Assembly: GCF_000172995.2 (NCBI RefSeq) | Contig: NC_014731.1 | Coordinates: 150,001 to 182,000 of the forward strand | Origin: Halogeometricum borinquense DSM 11551 | Lineage (GTDB): Archaea; Halobacteriota; Halobacteria; Halobacteriales; Haloferacaceae | Direction: 5' to 3' | Length of the DNA: 32,000 nucleotides | Part shown: positions 31,852 to 32,000 of the stretch, in pieces | Layout of the letters: each line of letters starts with the position of its first letter | How positions within the stretch are numbered: position 1 is the stretch's first letter | Program-made: the position numbers and the translations under genes | The notes under the pieces: generated by a model | What the model was told of the DNA's origin: nothing | The model's database searches: none | The model's input: the letters and a program-made list of their open reading frames with translations, nothing else

Positions 31852-31874
31852 GTTTTGCTAGTAAAACTAGAACA
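31852..31874. repeat. GTTTTGCTAG 10-mer with an adjacent partial inverted copy
   Basis: The sequence gttttgctagtaaaactagaac lies in the intergenic region between the small ORF and the partial ORF at the window end. Confidence 0.7.
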
Positions 31875-31881
31875 GACAGCG

Positions 31882-32000
31882 CTACAACGACCGTTCGGGA
31901 TTACCGTACTGCATCATGTCGAGGAACATCGTCTCGAAGACTTCCTCGTCTATCGTCTCGACGATGTTCGCGTTCGGTTCGTTGTCGGTGACGCCGCGTT
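31882..32000 (-). CDS. 3-prime end of a gene continuing beyond the window (function unknown)
   Basis: My translation of the minus strand gives ...RGVTDNEPNANIVETIDEEVFETMFLDMMQYGNPERSL then a stop (cta at 31882-31884). It is acidic and haloarchaeal-like but too short for the ORF track. Confidence 0.35.
   Translation of the reverse strand, partial: RGVTDNEPNANIVETIDEEVFETMFLDMMQYGNPERSL

Overview
GC-rich DNA with acidic predicted proteins, Tat/lipobox signal peptides, halocyanins, an Orc1/Cdc6 gene surrounded by ORB repeats and an ISH-type element. This points to a haloarchaeon (class Halobacteria), probably a megaplasmid or secondary replicon. Positions 38-22598 lie between two inverted copies of one IS6-family element: one complete at 22599-23343 with an 8-bp target duplication, the other seen only as its last 37 bp at the window start. 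That segment carries a copper-centred denitrification island: citrate synthase, NirK, quinol-type NO reductase, wHTH and Bat-like regulators, two DUF2249 genes, a radical SAM/SPASM enzyme, a His-rich protein ending in a CGCGG motif, three cupredoxin (halocyanin) domains, a two-domain multicopper oxidase, an orphan binding protein, a SufS-SufU fusion and a VOC protein. It is followed by an ORB/DUE replication origin with orc1 and an AAA ATPase. The right third holds plasmid-backbone and accessory genes: parA plus an acidic partner, a PNPOx-like protein, an RPH-like PEP-utilising enzyme, a Tat-exported serine hydrolase and a USP-like protein. The best candidate for an undescribed system is the radical SAM/SPASM + CGCGG-protein + DUF2249 + cupredoxin + 12-TM membrane protein module at about 7.3-11.8 kb. 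It shares a palindromic operator (CGAAC-N2-GTTCG) with the multicopper oxidase promoter, and imperfect versions of that motif sit upstream of nirK and nor. Other unexplained signals are three unrelated tandem-repeat arrays at gene 3-prime ends and an exact AT-rich 10-mer (GTTTTGCTAG) found 7 times, only in the backbone part. All functional calls come from motif recognition by eye; no database search was possible.
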